Origin: Pseudomonadota bacterium
GTDB lineage: Bacteria; Pseudomonadota; Gammaproteobacteria; UBA4575
Direction: 5' to 3'
DNA length: 35,596 nt
Assembly: GCA_009839635.1 (NCBI GenBank)
Contig: VXPJ01000063.1
Coordinates: 1-35,596 of the forward strand
Position numbers and translations under genes: made by a program. Shown here piece after piece: positions 1-9,491 of the stretch. Each line of letters starts with the position of its first letter. Within the stretch, counting starts at the first letter, position 1. Below the pieces are notes generated by a model. The model saw only the letters and a list, made by a program, of their open reading frames with translations, did no database searches and was not told the origin of the DNA.

Positions 1-196
1 CGGCATAGATGAATGCATCATCCCAGGGATTTGCCGAGCGCTGGACATTTTTTTCCAGCCTCCGCAAAAACAGGCTCACAAAAGAGTTAAACAAGAGGAC
101 AGCGAATACTACGACAAACACCTGGATCACCCAGGCAGACGAAATGTCATGCGGCCACAGGCCTCCAAAAATCTCAGAAAGATACGTGCTGTCCAT
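1..196 (-). CDS. MscS-family small-conductance mechanosensitive channel, N-terminal part (runs off the left edge)
   Basis: Not in the ORF track. Hand translation from ATG 196 gives MDSTYLSEIFGGLWPHDISSAWVIQVFVVVFAVLLFNSFVSLFLRRLEKNVQRSANPWDDAFIYA, open to the edge. A TM helix followed by N-x-WDD-A resembles YnaI/MscS-family N-termini. Lies 30 bp downstream of nagZ on the same strand. Confidence 0.6.
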   Translation of the reverse strand, partial: MDSTYLSEIFGGLWPHDISSAWVIQVFVVVFAVLLFNSFVSLFLRRLEKNVQRSANPWDDAFIYA

Positions 197-226
197 AACT
201 GCTTTACTGATGTGGGATATGTGCCA

Positions 227-1276
227 TTAAATCAGCAGATCACTGCTGGATGAATCCAGATATGATTCTACTTGTAATACCGCAGATTGCCACGCCTTCC
301 TGGCACGCAAATCTTTATTGGGAATTGCATCCTTACCTCCATGCATGCGGGCCAAACGAATCTGGGATGCCGGATTGTCCTGATTCGTCAACTGCTCTGC
401 AACCTCGACAGCCTGCGTGTTCTCATTGCAAATCAGAACCATGTCACAACCGGCTTGCAGGGCTTTCTGAGTACGTACAAGATATTCATCACTGCAAGCC
501 GCGGCTTTCATGCTGAGATCATCACTGAACACTGCACCTTTGAAATCCAACTGTTCACGCAATACGGCATGCAGCCACTTGCTGGAATAGGTTGCTACTT
601 CCTTGTCTATCCTCTCGTATACGACATGCGCACTCATGATCCCTGCAATGCCCTGATTGATCAGGCGATGAAATGGCAGAATGTCCTGCATAACGAGATC
701 CTGGTAACTGCGCGTATCAACCGGCATGTCAATGTGCGAGTCCGCCGCAACTCCGCCATGCCCCGGGAAGTGTTTGCCTACGGCCTGCATGCCTGCACTG
801 CGCATCCCGCGGACGTAGTGCATTGCCAGCACAGAGACAATTTCAGGGTCTTTGTGAAAAGCACGCTCGCCAATCACGCGGCTGACCCCGAGGTTCAGGT
901 CAAGGACTGGCGCAAAACTAAAGTCGATTCCAACGGAACGGAGTTCAGCGGCCATGAGCCATCCTGTAACCTCAGCCAGTTCACATGCTTTGTGTGAGTC
1001 AGTGTCATAGATTTTTCCAAGTTCTTGAACTGCGGGTAATTGGGTGAATCCCTTGCGGAACCGCTGCACACACCCGCCCTCCTGATCAACGGCAACCAGC
1101 AATCTCGGGTGGCGAAGAGCGTGAATCTCGCTGACGAGACTTATCAGGCTGTCAACTGATGTAAAATTCCTGCTGAAAAGAATCACGCCACCGATCTGGG
1201 GCGACAGTAAAAGTTTTTTTTCCTGTACAGACAATGAATCTGCACGAAGATCAACCATGAGTGGACCCAGCGACAT
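227..1276 (-). CDS. nagZ: Beta-N-acetylhexosaminidase (GH3, peptidoglycan recycling)
   Basis: 349 aa; motifs GPLMVD, GGVILFSRN, VDQEGGxVQRF, FAPVLD, GKHFPGHGxVxADSH, FSDDLSM. Confidence 0.96.
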   Translation of the reverse strand: MSLGPLMVDLRADSLSVQEKKLLLSPQIGGVILFSRNFTSVDSLISLVSEIHALRHPRLLVAVDQEGGCVQRFRKGFTQLPAVQELGKIYDTDSHKACELAEVTGWLMAAELRSVGIDFSFAPVLDLNLGVSRVIGERAFHKDPEIVSVLAMHYVRGMRSAGMQAVGKHFPGHGGVAADSHIDMPVDTRSYQDLVMQDILPFHRLINQGIAGIMSAHVVYERIDKEVATYSSKWLHAVLREQLDFKGAVFSDDLSMKAAACSDEYLVRTQKALQAGCDMVLICNENTQAVEVAEQLTNQDNPASQIRLARMHGGKDAIPNKDLRARKAWQSAVLQVESYLDSSSSDLLI

Positions 1277-1554
1277 TTGTAAGTATTATTCGCCAGTCAA
1301 ACCTAGAATTGGGGGGCTGAATTCGTCAAAACATGTGCCTTCGCCCTTCGGGCCTGTGTCTGGAAAGACATAATCACTTTAGTATCCTCATCATGCATCA
1401 TCCAAACAACTGCACCGCATTGAGCTCGTACAGGACACCTTCGCCGTATCATTACGTGGTCAGGCAGATTCCCTGCGGTATATAGTATGCACCTGAAAAA
1501 GGAATGCCTGCCAAACTTGTGCATGCGGGTTTTGAATCCAACAAACAAGCCAGA

Positions 1555-2655
1555 ATGATTGAATCAGCTTACCAAAAACTGCTGGAAACACAGCAGATCG
1601 CACAAGATTCGGATCAGAAAAAAACAGTCTTGGCACTACAAGCCCTGCATCACAAGCTCAATCATTATAATTCAAAACCTGGGTTGCTTGGCCGTATTAC
1701 AAGCTTCCTGCCCGGCAGGCAAGACCCTGCAGAGATCAAGGGTCTGTACATCTGGGGAGGGATTGGACGAGGCAAGACGTTTCTGATGGACCTGTTTTTC
1801 TCCAACTTGCACATACAGCATAAATTGCGCCTGCACTACCACCAGTTCATGGACGAGGCCCATGACCTGCTGAAGCACTGCAGGGATGAAGCCGATCCTC
1901 TCAGGCGAGTCGCCCGCAGATTTGCTGACAAAGCCAAAGTGCTGTGCCTCGATGAATTTTTTGTGAATGACATTGGCGACGCCATGATCATCTCCGGATT
2001 ATTGCAAGGACTTTTTGAACATAAAACCATCCTAGTAACAACTTCCAACACAAGACCGGATCTGCTGTACACAAACGGACTGCAACGTGAACGGTTTTTG
2101 CCCGCTATTGAATTGCTGCAAACACATACGAAAGTAGTCCAGTTAAACGGCGAGACTGATTACCGCTTCGAACTTATGCAAACAGAAGGTATTTATAACA
2201 CCCCCATTGACGATACCTCGCAAGACTGGCTTGAACATCACTTTCTGAGCCTGAGTGCAGAAAAAAATGATGGCTCCTGGGGGAAAATCCAGATCAGAAA
2301 CCGGAACCTGCAAAGCATACGCCACTCGGACAAGATCGCATGGTTTGACTTTCGGGAACTATGCGCAGAGCCACGTGGGCCTTCTGACTACATTGAGCTG
2401 GCCAAGTGCTTCAACACCATTTTGATTTCGCATGTGCCTGTTTTTAAAAACAACGATGACCAGGCAAGGAGATTCATCAACCTTGTGGACGAGTTTTATG
2501 ATCGTAATGTAAAGTTGATCCTTTCTGCCGAGGTCTGGCCAGATTCACTGTATCAAGGCTCACGACTCAGCGAGGAATTCCGACGCACTGTAAGTCGGCT
2601 GAATGAAATGCAATCACTTGAATATTTGGAAAAACAACATCACCCGAACCGATAA
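1555..2655 (+). CDS. zapE: Cell division ATPase ZapE (AFG1 family)
   Basis: GLYIWGGIGRGKTFLMD (Walker A), LCLDEFFV (Walker B), TSNTRPDLLY, ARRFINLVDEFYD, RTVSRLNEMQ. Start placed at in-frame ATG 1555; the ORF track starts at 1504. Confidence 0.93.
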   Translation: MIESAYQKLLETQQIAQDSDQKKTVLALQALHHKLNHYNSKPGLLGRITSFLPGRQDPAEIKGLYIWGGIGRGKTFLMDLFFSNLHIQHKLRLHYHQFMDEAHDLLKHCRDEADPLRRVARRFADKAKVLCLDEFFVNDIGDAMIISGLLQGLFEHKTILVTTSNTRPDLLYTNGLQRERFLPAIELLQTHTKVVQLNGETDYRFELMQTEGIYNTPIDDTSQDWLEHHFLSLSAEKNDGSWGKIQIRNRNLQSIRHSDKIAWFDFRELCAEPRGPSDYIELAKCFNTILISHVPVFKNNDDQARRFINLVDEFYDRNVKLILSAEVWPDSLYQGSRLSEEFRRTVSRLNEMQSLEYLEKQHHPNR

Positions 2656-2673
2656 TTCTATGAGGAACACTAC

Positions 2674-3651
2674 ATGAAACCCGCCGTACGAATCGCTATC
2701 ACAGGTGCCGCAGGAAACATTGGATATGCTGCCGCGTTCCGGATTTCTGCAGGAGATATGCTAGGCGCAGACCAGCCCGTAATCCTCCAGCTGATTGAGA
2801 TCGAGCCTGCCTTGCAAGCCTTGCGAGGTGTCGAGATGGAATTGCTGGATTGTGCCTTTCCATTGCTTGAGGAAGTGATTGTTACAACGGACCTCAGCGT
2901 TGGCTTCAAGGATGCGGATTATGTCCTGCTTATCGGCTCAAAACCGCGCACCAAGGGCATGGAACGCAGTGACCTGTTGAGTGATAACGGAAAAATATTC
3001 AAGCCACAGGGCCGCGCCATCAATGAACACTCCTCCCGTGATGTGAAGGTACTTGTCATAGGAAACCCGGCCAATACCAATGGCCTGATTGCCGTGAACA
3101 ACGCCCCTGACCTGTCTCCGACACAATTTACTTCCATGATGAGACTTGACCACAACCGTGCTCTCAATCAGCTCTCGCTGAAAACCGAAACGCCAGTCAC
3201 CGGGATTAGCCGCCTGACCGTGTGGGGCAATCACTCGCTTACACAGTATCCTGACATCAGCCACTGCAGCATTGGGGGCGAGAGTGCTACCTCGCTGATT
3301 GACATGACCTGGTATAAAGAAACCTTTCTTTCCAGTGTGCAAAAACGTGGGGCAGAAATAATCGTTGCCCGTGGAGCATCCTCTGCGGCATCGGCCGCTT
3401 CGGCAGCAATCGATCACATGCGTGACTGGGTATTCGGGACCTCCGGTGAGGACTGGACAAGCATGAGTATCGTGTCAAACGGAGATTACGGAATTACGGA
3501 AGGGTTGATGTTTTCATTTCCCGTACGATGCAAAGACGGCGAGTACGAAGTTGTTCGTGACCTGGAAATTGATGACTTCAGCCGGGAGATGATCCAGGCG
3601 ACAGAGAAAGAACTGCTAGAAGAGCGCGATGCAGTCAAAGACCTACTTTGA
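2674..3651 (+). CDS. mdh: Malate dehydrogenase (NAD, type 2 / cytosolic-like clade)
   Basis: 325 aa; [12 protein letters not shown] Rossmann motif, [43 protein letters not shown]; GAGGA RBS upstream. Confidence 0.97.
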   Translation: MKPAVRIAITGAAGNIGYAAAFRISAGDMLGADQPVILQLIEIEPALQALRGVEMELLDCAFPLLEEVIVTTDLSVGFKDADYVLLIGSKPRTKGMERSDLLSDNGKIFKPQGRAINEHSSRDVKVLVIGNPANTNGLIAVNNAPDLSPTQFTSMMRLDHNRALNQLSLKTETPVTGISRLTVWGNHSLTQYPDISHCSIGGESATSLIDMTWYKETFLSSVQKRGAEIIVARGASSAASAASAAIDHMRDWVFGTSGEDWTSMSIVSNGDYGITEGLMFSFPVRCKDGEYEVVRDLEIDDFSREMIQATEKELLEERDAVKDLL

Positions 3652-3790
3652 CCAATCCCAGCCGTTCTGCAGTTGCACCAAACCCACTGTCCTGGTCTCG
3701 CTCATCTGAAATAAAGACATTTATATTCAACTACTTGTCGAATAAATCGCGCATATTTTCCAATATCCCTGCCTACGGAATACCGTTCAG

Positions 3791-4306
3791 CTATGGGGTT
3801 ACGGTATTTTCAGTGAGCAATCGGTTCTGACGCAACCGATCGTTTTCTACGAAGGAATGTCCTTGCCTGTCGCAATACGACAGCCACTTGAATAAAAAAC
3901 GATTCAGATACCATCTTTTCGGCAAGGAAGGGCTTGTCTTGGGTCTGTAGGCACGATTGTTTATGTTTTTATTCCGGAAGGTCTGGCTGATCACTTCAGC
4001 TTGAAGTGCATCGTAGTAGATTCTTAACTTGAGATTTGGGTAGGCCAGCAAGCCGCTTTCCGCATCTGCGAAATAGTAGGTCAACGCAATAGTTGAGGTG
4101 TACCGGGTCTGCTCCAGAACCTGAAGGTATAAATCCATTCCCTGGGGAACCCTTGACACTGCAATGGCAGGCATGGCGTCCTTGGTACCACACAATTTAC
4201 GCAGACGAATGTAATTCGCTTCATACATCTCCATCAGCCCGGCAAAAGTATTGGGTGACGGATCTGCCAAAAACCGTTTTTGTAAAGATAGATTTCTCAT
4301 CATCAA
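3791..4306 (-). CDS. DUF1249 family protein (YqiB-like)
   Basis: MYEANYIRL, YTSTI, P-x-L-x-LRIYYDA...AEV, KW-x-LNRFL-x-KWL-x-YC...GH pattern. Start is TTG 4306 or ATG 4303/4300. Confidence 0.8.
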   Translation of the reverse strand: MMMRNLSLQKRFLADPSPNTFAGLMEMYEANYIRLRKLCGTKDAMPAIAVSRVPQGMDLYLQVLEQTRYTSTIALTYYFADAESGLLAYPNLKLRIYYDALQAEVISQTFRNKNINNRAYRPKTSPSLPKRWYLNRFLFKWLSYCDRQGHSFVENDRLRQNRLLTENTVTP

Positions 4307-4366
4307 ACATGCATCGCGACGTCAGATTATACTGGCATATAACCTAAAAACGCTGCAACAATTACG

Positions 4367-4392
4367 AAAAAAGAAAAGGGCAAGCATGCCCT
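4367..4392 (-). terminator. Rho-independent terminator of the sdhCDAB-sdhE operon
   Basis: Minus strand AGGGCA-TGCT-TGCCCT hairpin followed by TTTCTTTTTT, 11 nt after the sdhE stop. Confidence 0.75.
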
Positions 4393-4403
4393 CGCAACCG
4401 ATT

Positions 4404-4637
4404 TCAGGTGCGCATGAATTCGATCACTTTGTTGATGTGGTGGTCATGTGATTCTTGCATCCCCGTCACTAGGGCATACAACTCAGGATCCTGCATGTCC
4501 AGCATGTCTTCAAACGCTTGTTTCAATGCAGGCTCAGCATCCCGGTAATGATTCTCCAGAAATGTCATCATCAGGATATCCAGCTCCTTGGTACCTCTCC
4601 TGCAGCGCCATAGCAGTTTTTGTGCCTTCTCCTCCAT
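4404..4637 (-). CDS. sdhE: Succinate dehydrogenase flavinylation/assembly factor (SdhE/YgfY/Sdh5)
   Basis: 77 aa; LLWRCRRGTKELD (RGxxE signature) and LDMQDPEL; directly downstream of sdhB. Confidence 0.93.
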   Translation of the reverse strand: MEEKAQKLLWRCRRGTKELDILMMTFLENHYRDAEPALKQAFEDMLDMQDPELYALVTGMQESHDHHINKVIEFMRT

Positions 4638-4642
4638 TTACC

Positions 4643-5425
4643 TCAGCTTCCAGCCACAGCGGTAAGTTTCTTGATTTCCGCAATCGCCTTCGCTGGATTC
4701 AGCCCCTTGGGACAGGTATTCGTGCAGTTCATGATGGTGTGGCAACGATAAAGCTTGAACGCATCCTTTAATTCCTCCAGGCGCTCGGCCGTGGCTTCAT
4801 CCCGGCTGTCGGCAATCCACCGGTAAGCCTGCAGCAACACGGCAGGACCGAGATAGCGGTCACTGTTCCACCAGTAACTTGGACAACTGGTCGAACAACA
4901 TGCACACAGGATGCATTCCTCCAGGCCTTCCAGCCTTTCACGGTCATCCTTGGATTGCAGCCTTTCACGTCCTGACGGAGGTGGTGCCTCGGTTTTGATC
5001 CATGGTTTGACCGATGCGTACTGCTCATAAAACCTGCTCAGATCCACCACGAGGTCCTTGACGACCTGCATGTGGGGCAGAGGATAAACCTTGATGTCGC
5101 CCTTGATCTCCTCGATGGCCTTGATGCACGCCAGTGTGTTTGAACCATTGATGTTCATCGAGCACGAGCCACAGATGCCTTCCCGGCACGAACGGCGAAA
5201 CGTCAGGGTGGAATCAATTTCATTCTTGATCTTGATCAGTGCATCCAGCACCATCGGCCCGCAGGTATCCAGGTCGATTTCGTAGGTGTCCGTACGCGGG
5301 TTTTCCTTGCTGTCCGGGTCATAACGATAGACAACCACTTTTTTCGTCTGGCCGCTACCGGTTGCTGCAGGATACGTTTTACCCGGCTTGACTACGGAAT
5401 TTGCTGGAAGATTGAACTGTGCCAT
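4643..5425 (-). CDS. sdhB: Succinate dehydrogenase iron-sulfur subunit
   Basis: [26 protein letters not shown] and [17 protein letters not shown] Fe-S motifs. Confidence 0.98.
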   Translation of the reverse strand: MAQFNLPANSVVKPGKTYPAATGSGQTKKVVVYRYDPDSKENPRTDTYEIDLDTCGPMVLDALIKIKNEIDSTLTFRRSCREGICGSCSMNINGSNTLACIKAIEEIKGDIKVYPLPHMQVVKDLVVDLSRFYEQYASVKPWIKTEAPPPSGRERLQSKDDRERLEGLEECILCACCSTSCPSYWWNSDRYLGPAVLLQAYRWIADSRDEATAERLEELKDAFKLYRCHTIMNCTNTCPKGLNPAKAIAEIKKLTAVAGS

Positions 5426-5439
5426 CCACCAATCCTTTT

Positions 5440-7230
5440 TTAATAGACCCTGGCCTTTGGCGGGATTACCTCAACCTCGTCGGTCTGGGTATACATGTGC
5501 ACCGGCCTGTACCCGATTGCCACATCTCCCTGTTCATCAATGGTGGCCAACGTATGCTTCATCCAGTTCTCATCATCACGTTCCGGATAGTCATCTCGAG
5601 CCTGTGCGCCGCGGCTTTCGGTGCGGTTCAGTGCAGACTGTGCGGTGACAATTGCCTGAGGCATCAAGTTTGTCAGCTCAATGGCCTCAACTAAATCTGT
5701 GTTCCAGACCATGGAGCGATCGCTAAGTCTCAAATTGTCCATCTGAGAAAACAGTTTCCGGAGCCGGATCAACCCTTTCTCGATCAACTCGCCGGTTCTG
5801 AAAACGGCAGCATGGCTTTGCATGGTCTTTTGCATTTCAATGCGCAGATGGGCCACCATAATTTCGCCACTGGCATGCCTCAGTCTATCAAAACGGTCGA
5901 GTACAGTATCCACTACCCCATCATTCAATTTTTCGTGAGCCTGGCCTGGCTTGACCAGTTCCACGGCACGAAGTGCTGCCGCCCTGCCAAATACAATGAG
6001 GTCCAGCAGGGAATTGGACCCAAGGCGGTTGGCACCATGCACCGACACGCAAGCTGCCTCACCAATGGCCATCAGTCCGGGAATCACGTGATCCGGATCA
6101 TCGCCTTTCAGGGTCACTACTTCTCCCTGATAATTCGTAGGGATACCACCCATGTTGTAGTGCACCGTCGGCAAAACGGGGATTGGCTCACGCGTGACAT
6201 CGATGCCCGCAAATATCCTGGCAGATTCGGCTATACCCGGTAGTTTCGAGTTGATCAGGTCTGCACCCAAATGCTCCAGATGCAGCTGTATATGATCCTT
6301 TTCCTCTCCCACGCCTCGACCTTCATTGATTTCAATGGTCATGGAGCGGCTGACGACATCGCGTGAGGCCAGGTCCTTCGCGTTCGGGGCGTATCGTTCC
6401 ATGAAACGCTCGCCCTCCGAATTGGTCAGGTAGCCGCCTTCACCTCGCACACCTTCTGTAATCAGACATCCAGAGCCATAAATTCCGGTGGGATGAAACT
6501 GCACGAATTCCATGTCCTGCAGCGGCAAACCCGCGCGCAGCACCATGGCATTACCGTCCCCCGTACAGGTATGTGCCGAAGTGCAGGAGAAGTAAGTACG
6601 CCCATAGCCGCCTGTGGCAAGCAGCACCATGTGCGCCCGGAAAACATGCAGTTCCCCTGTGGCGAGATCCCAGGCCAGCACACCTTTGCATGCCCCTTCA
6701 TCATTCATCAGCAGATCGATTGCAAAATACTCGATGAAGAACTCTGCATTGTGCTTCAGGGACTGCTGATAGAGCGTGTGCAAAATGGCATGACCGGTTC
6801 TGTCCGCTGCGGCACAGGTTCTTTGTGCAATTCCTTCGCCATACCGGGTAGTCATGCCTCCGAAGGGCCTCTGGTAAATGCGCCCGTCGTCCGTGCGTGA
6901 AAAAGGAACTCCGTAGTGCTCAAGTTCCACAACGGCTGGAATTGCCTCGCGACACATGTACTCAATGGCATCCTGATCACCCAGCCAGTCGGAGCCTTTG
7001 ACCGTGTCGTACATGTGCCAGCGCCAGTCATCCTCGCCCATGTTGGCAAGCGCTGCACTCATACCGCCCTGTGCGGCCACGGTATGGCTGCGGGTCGGGA
7101 ATACCTTTGTGATGCACGCTGTCGAAAGTCCGCTTGCTGTCATGCCCAGTGTGGCACGCAGTCCAGCGCCGCCTGCACCCACAACCACCACATCATAGGC
7201 ATGCTCAGTCAGTCTGTACGCCTTGCTCAT
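5440..7230 (-). CDS. sdhA: Succinate dehydrogenase flavoprotein subunit
   Basis: 596 aa; [16 protein letters not shown] (FAD-linked His), [23 protein letters not shown]. Confidence 0.98.
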   Translation of the reverse strand: MSKAYRLTEHAYDVVVVGAGGAGLRATLGMTASGLSTACITKVFPTRSHTVAAQGGMSAALANMGEDDWRWHMYDTVKGSDWLGDQDAIEYMCREAIPAVVELEHYGVPFSRTDDGRIYQRPFGGMTTRYGEGIAQRTCAAADRTGHAILHTLYQQSLKHNAEFFIEYFAIDLLMNDEGACKGVLAWDLATGELHVFRAHMVLLATGGYGRTYFSCTSAHTCTGDGNAMVLRAGLPLQDMEFVQFHPTGIYGSGCLITEGVRGEGGYLTNSEGERFMERYAPNAKDLASRDVVSRSMTIEINEGRGVGEEKDHIQLHLEHLGADLINSKLPGIAESARIFAGIDVTREPIPVLPTVHYNMGGIPTNYQGEVVTLKGDDPDHVIPGLMAIGEAACVSVHGANRLGSNSLLDLIVFGRAAALRAVELVKPGQAHEKLNDGVVDTVLDRFDRLRHASGEIMVAHLRIEMQKTMQSHAAVFRTGELIEKGLIRLRKLFSQMDNLRLSDRSMVWNTDLVEAIELTNLMPQAIVTAQSALNRTESRGAQARDDYPERDDENWMKHTLATIDEQGDVAIGYRPVHMYTQTDEVEVIPPKARVY

Positions 7231-7239
7231 TTCGATTTT

Positions 7240-7608
7240 CTACAAAGTGATTTTCAAAAGCGCAAGAATTCCGGCGACAGCCGACAGGATACATGTGACA
7301 TTCAACAGAATCATTGAGGCTGTTTTGAGCCATCCACCTACATAATCCTCGATGATGACCTGCATCCCCAGCTTCGTATGATAGAAAGTCAAGGCAATGA
7401 ATATTGCCAAAAAACTTGTGACGGAAGGTGCTCCCAACCAGCTTACTACAGCCTCATAGCTTGCACTGCCCAGCATTGCCAGAGAAAAGGCAAGCCACAC
7501 AACGAGGGGAACCAGCAATGCTGCAGTAAGACGCTGCATCCACCAGTGCACCACAGCCTCCCTGCCAACACCTGGAACTACGGACAACAGTGTGCGTAAC
7601 GACATCAT
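7240..7608 (-). CDS. sdhD: Succinate dehydrogenase hydrophobic anchor subunit
   Basis: HWWMQRLTA, three hydrophobic segments, HTKLGMQVIIEDYV. Confidence 0.93.
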   Translation of the reverse strand: MMSLRTLLSVVPGVGREAVVHWWMQRLTAALLVPLVVWLAFSLAMLGSASYEAVVSWLGAPSVTSFLAIFIALTFYHTKLGMQVIIEDYVGGWLKTASMILLNVTCILSAVAGILALLKITL

Positions 7609-8004
7609 TTACGCCTGTATTCCGTGGTGCAGCCAGGCCACCAGCCAAACAGCCACCGTGAACACGACGGTTGCCAGCAAGACCACGATTCCAGAGATCC
7701 GGGTGGCTTCAATTCCAAAACCAAGACCTGCGTCAAATACCAGGTGGCGCACTCCATTGAACAAATGCAGGAATAACGCCAAGGTCCATAAAATCAAGAA
7801 AGCCTGGCCCGGACCCGTCGAAATATAGGTCCGTAGCACATCATAGGCGCCTGGACCGACAGCTATCGAAAGCAATAGCACAACCAGCAGCAGGGCCCCT
7901 ACGGCAAGTGCGGCGCCCGTGATGCGGTGAAGTATGGAGATGGCCATCGCCAGTGGCCAGCGATAGATCTGCAAATGTGGTGATACTGGCCTATCAGGAT
8001 TCAC
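7609..8004 (-). CDS. sdhC: Succinate dehydrogenase cytochrome b556 subunit
   Basis: RPVSPHLQIY, SILHRITG, HLFNGVRHLVFD; GTG start with an AAGGGAG RBS. Confidence 0.95.
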   Translation of the reverse strand: MNPDRPVSPHLQIYRWPLAMAISILHRITGAALAVGALLLVVLLLSIAVGPGAYDVLRTYISTGPGQAFLILWTLALFLHLFNGVRHLVFDAGLGFGIEATRISGIVVLLATVVFTVAVWLVAWLHHGIQA

Positions 8005-8242
8005 CAGAGACTCCCTTGGTACGTGTGAAAACTATGGATATGAAAATAGCCTCTATGCGGCCTGACGCCAATGTACAGAGGTCATCCAAATGTTTTATTC
8101 TTGGTATCAGATACTACCTGATTAACAGGTCATATTGAATATCCTTTAAAATAATGTCAATGATTACAACCAGTTAAGGGTTGCATACTGGCCTACCAAG
8201 CCCTTTGCAAGCATAAACTCATGGAAATCACAAGAGACAGCA

Positions 8243-9319
8243 GTGACCGATCAATCTCCAGGCAAGCCTGAAATGAGCAGCCCTTGGCAAGAATTCCTGG
8301 TGGCGCATGATGCCGTAATCGAGAACGGCCGGGTGACTTCCTTTGGACCCTCCGTACAGCCCTACCCCGGCACACAGGATACCTGTGTGTGCGAACTTAC
8401 ACCTTTAGGCCTGATCCGCGTAACCGGTGAAGAAACCCGGACCTTTCTACACAGCCAGTTTACCAATGACCTGGAGCAGGTCACGGCACATACAAGTCAG
8501 TTGAACAGCTATTGCAGTCCCAAAGGCAGGGTGTTGTCCATCTTCATGGTTTTCAAACATAACGGGGACTATTTCCTGGTCCTGCCAAAAGATGTCATCG
8601 AGATCACACTCAGAAAACTTGTCATGTACAAGCTCCGAAGCAAGGTAGACCTGTACGATGCGTCGGAACACTCCGTTTTATTCGGTGTGACCGGACCCGG
8701 GGTGGGACCTGCCTTCGAAAACCTGGGGATCGAGCTACCGCAAAAAGTATACGGCTGCACCCAGGAAAGCGGGGCCACGCTGGTCCGCCTGCCAAGCGAG
8801 AACACCAGGATTCTAGTCATGGCCGATGCTGAAACAGCAGTTTCTCTTTGCAGCCAGTTGTCTGAAAAGTTACCACTTGCAACGTTCCGCCTGTGGGACT
8901 TGCACGACATCTCGTGTGGAATTCCTCGGGTTACTGCGCTCACAAGTGAAGCGTTTACCCCGCAAATGACAAACCTGGAACTGATCAATGGTGTAAGTTT
9001 CAGCAAGGGATGCTACCCGGGCCAGGAAGTTGTTGCACGGACTCATTATCTCGGCAAACCAAACCGGCGTATGTACCGGGCCAGCATCGCCACCGAGCAA
9101 TTGCCCGAGCCAGGAACCAACGTTTTCTCTGCGGAAGAAGGTGATCAGCCCCTGGGGAAAGTTGTTGTCTCACAAATGGTATCTGCAGGACACGCCAGCG
9201 CACTCATCGTTTTGCGCACCCAAAAAGAAGAAGATCCGTGTTTGCACATCGGGTCAGCGGACGGACCTGCCATTTCGCTACAGGAGCTGCCCTACTCTTT
9301 GCAGTCTGGGCCTAGCTGA
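8243..9319 (+). CDS. ygfZ: Folate-binding Fe-S cluster repair / tRNA-modification protein YgfZ (GcvT family)
   Basis: FLHSQFTND, CSPKGR and the FSKGCYPGQEVVAR signature. Alternative start at ATG 8273. Confidence 0.93.
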   Translation: MTDQSPGKPEMSSPWQEFLVAHDAVIENGRVTSFGPSVQPYPGTQDTCVCELTPLGLIRVTGEETRTFLHSQFTNDLEQVTAHTSQLNSYCSPKGRVLSIFMVFKHNGDYFLVLPKDVIEITLRKLVMYKLRSKVDLYDASEHSVLFGVTGPGVGPAFENLGIELPQKVYGCTQESGATLVRLPSENTRILVMADAETAVSLCSQLSEKLPLATFRLWDLHDISCGIPRVTALTSEAFTPQMTNLELINGVSFSKGCYPGQEVVARTHYLGKPNRRMYRASIATEQLPEPGTNVFSAEEGDQPLGKVVVSQMVSAGHASALIVLRTQKEEDPCLHIGSADGPAISLQELPYSLQSGPS

Positions 9320-9491
9320 CAATCCAGGCGCTACGCTACTTGAGTCAGGAGAATGTTGATCAGCAACAGGGTTTATTCGGGCAATCAGATGCCTGTTTTG
9401 TTTGGCCATCGAAGCTATTAGCTACTTCTAAGATATGAATCATGAATGAGGACGGCATAATGTCATTCAACTGGCTTTTAGAATCAAACTC

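Noticed and set aside
9-230. 73-aa plus-strand ORF
   Set aside because: Shadow of the minus-strand MscS-like reading frame, which has a TM helix and a family-like motif.
1277-1554. 278-bp nagZ-zapE spacer with an imperfect inverted repeat (CAGGCAGATTCC 1461-1472 / GGAATGCCTG 1501-1510) and an 81-aa ORF
   Set aside because: The pairing is bulged with a long loop, resembles no ncRNA or riboswitch I know, and the ORF has no recognisable features. An Rfam scan would settle it.
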